A stretch of DNA of 64,000 nt, taken from assembly GCF_009834535.1 (NCBI RefSeq), contig NC_045707.1, positions 56,422,001-56,486,000 of the forward strand, in the 5' to 3' direction. Of the stretch, positions 61,776 to 64,000 are shown piece by piece (positions within the stretch are counted from its first letter, which is position 1; each line of letters opens with the position of its first letter). Below the pieces are notes generated by a model. It was not told where the DNA came from. It was given only the letters and a program-made list of their open reading frames with translations, and ran no database searches. The DNA is from Camelus ferus. Taxonomy: Eukaryota. Position numbers and translations under genes: made by a program.

Positions 61776-62749
61776 ATTGGGTATTGTAATCATGTATTTA
61801 CTTGTCTGTATGTTTCCTGAGAACATGAAGTCTTTGGAAGTGGGGTGTGGGTTCTACTCATCCTCTCATCTCTGTCCCAAAGTACCTGGCCATAGTATTT
61901 GTCAGTAAATAGTTGTTGAGTAACATGAAGTGTTATCTTGTAAAGAAAAACAAAAGATGTAAATAAGTAAGGAGCAGCGTAAGACTCGCCAAGGGAGGTG
62001 TCAGATGTATGTCATCTTGTAACAAGTGTGACTTTATTCTAGTTTCATTTCAAATGCCTTTTTTAAAAGTTTAGATTTATAAAATAGATGAGTGGAAATT
62101 AAATGTTACAAACTCTGGGAAGCATTCCATAATGTATCATTTTAGAAAGAAAATCAATATATGCTTAGGTTATTATAACTACTAAATAGGTAATCCAACA
62201 AAAGCAATTTCCTAACCTTTAAAGAGGAGAAAAAGTGACTTAGGAAATAGATTTTATATTTTAAAGTTACTTGCCGTGGCCTTTAAGAATCTTCTCTATC
62301 ACTCTGCCAGGTTCAACCCTCTTACACCTGTAGATCTCAGGAATGGGGAAAGATTTCTTCATCTTTATCTGGGGGTTTCAAAATGTATGTGCTGGAGGAA
62401 ATTCCAATGGTGACTTTAGCTCTCAGACTTATTAAATCTTGAATCTGTCAAACGTGTGACTATACTTTAGAAAATTGGAAAATTCAAAAAGAAAAGATGA
62501 AAAAAATAAACTCTAGGAACACTTCAACAGTGTAAACCTGGCAAAGCTCAAAGAAAGAAGAGATTCAACTTTCAATGTTTGCTTCTTCCTCAATAATAGT
62601 CTTATGGAATCCACAAATTTCAACATTTTTCTCATTACAAATGGAGGAGTCAGTCATATGAGGACACCCAAAATGAGTTTCACCAAGTACTCTTCTCTGG
62701 GTTAGACCTCATTTGCTCAGGCAGAGGGGAAGAAGGGTTGAGACTGTGG

Positions 62750-62950
62750 CTCTAGAGCGAGACTGTGATCTACTTTTAATTCTGTCATTTTCTATTTGTG
62801 TGACCTTGGGCAAACCTATTTTTATTTCTTTGTCTCAATTTCTTTATCTATAAAGTGAGGACAATAGCACCTTCCTGATAGGTTATTTTGAGGATTAAAT
62901 GTGCTAATATATCTAAGGTATAGAATAGTGCCTCATTCACGACATGCTCT
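62750..62950 (+). mobile_element. MIR SINE
   Basis: TGTGTGACCTTGGGCAA...TCTCAATTTCTTTATCTATAAAGTGAGGACAATAGCACC...GAGGATTAAATG. Confidence 0.8.
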
Positions 62951-64000
62951 CTGTTACTACCTGAAAGACTAGCTATTCAGTCAAGGGAGAGGTATCAATG
63001 TGTCTGCTCTGTGTCTTACATGCAGACAAAATAGTACCATACCTCAGCGCTATAGTTCAGGCTGCTGGCTAACAGTCCACAATGCAGTAATACAGCACAG
63101 TAGGATCACTCACTTACCTTCGTCATATAAAGGGGTTTTACAGTATAATCCTTTATTTACCCTAAAACATTCCTTTTTATAATACAATAGATTGGATACC
63201 AAATAATTCCATGCACACCCAGACTAAACTCACTAATGCCAAATATGAACCTAAGTTAAAATTTAATATGCTTGCCTTATTCAAAAAATTTCCTTTGATT
63301 TAAAAGAGATGCAAAAAGAATTGCTAGTTACATGACATCTGGCTAGAAGTGCCCAGTGCAACTTTTCCCCACTTCTCTATAAAAACCTATACAGACAGAA
63401 ATGAAAAATGAAAATTTTCAATACTGCAAACAAAAACCATAGCCAAATGACAGCCTCTAGATATCCTGAGGTAGATGAAGTAAGTTGAGCAAAAATTATT
63501 AGTTTCACTTTTTCACAAGCACAAGAAAAAATGAGAAAAAGGATTATAGGTACTTTGCATAAACATGTCCATACAAGCATTTCATGTACATATTTACATA
63601 TAAATGTACAAATATACACATATGATAACAGATGCATACAACAGGTGGTTTTTAAAGAGCATTTGGAAAACCAGAACAATTTGTTTTGCTCAATCCCAAA
63701 TAACATCTGAAAAATTCAGTACTGCATTTGCCATTCACAGTTTTGCGGCTGAGAATTTTTAGTTGCAATTTCTAAATAGTTGCTTCCAATTGTTCAGTGG
63801 GTGGTGTTTAAGTGTTTAACTACAAGCGTTCCAATCAACTCATCAAGCAAGCAATTTGTGACCCTATAGCTTAGCATAGAGCTTGCCACAGAGTAGGTAT
63901 TTAATTAATGTTTCCTGCTATGAAAGCCAAAAATCTAAGTTCTCCCTCAATTAAACGAAAAAGGTAAGTACAAGGAGTTTTATAATCTTATTCAAGAATT

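Noticed and set aside
63961..63969. Isolated plus-strand donor consensus AAG|GTAAGT, with a similar site at ~3821
   Set aside because: No convincing paired acceptor or recognisable reading frame; expected by chance in 64 kb
1..64000. ORF-track entries as protein-coding genes
   Set aside because: All are 142 aa or shorter, many use non-ATG starts, and they are L1 or LTR remnants or low-complexity chance ORFs; none resembles a cellular protein I recognise
1..64000. Prokaryotic-style novel system (CRISPR array, defence operon)
   Set aside because: The sequence is mammalian repeat-rich DNA with no repeat-spacer arrays and no dense coding

Overview
AT-rich, CpG-poor mammalian genomic DNA, most likely camelid (alpaca, llama or camel), judged from three copies of a tRNA-derived SINE resembling the camelid Vic-1 family. 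I recognise no intact protein-coding gene, RNA gene or CRISPR array. The ORF track consists of L1 or ERV remnants and chance ORFs. The window is intergenic or intronic and dominated by transposon fossils: L1, L2, MIR, MaLR (MLT1), hAT elements (MER53, MER33, MER5A and a ~2 kb Blackjack-like piece) and about ten ERV LTRs. The richest stretch is a nested retroviral cluster at ~18.4-27.1 kb. It holds a decayed gamma-type provirus fragment with readable integrase and env motifs, a class III (ERVL-type) gag remnant, MER4-group-like internal sequence and several solo LTRs with target-site duplications (TSDs). The best leads are regulatory LTRs (a MER41-like LTR with a GAS motif and an LTR with a tandem CCAAT array), a probable short L1 3' transduction and a few candidate exons. 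I found no convincing novel biological system. Repeat family names come from recalled consensus sequences, not database searches.
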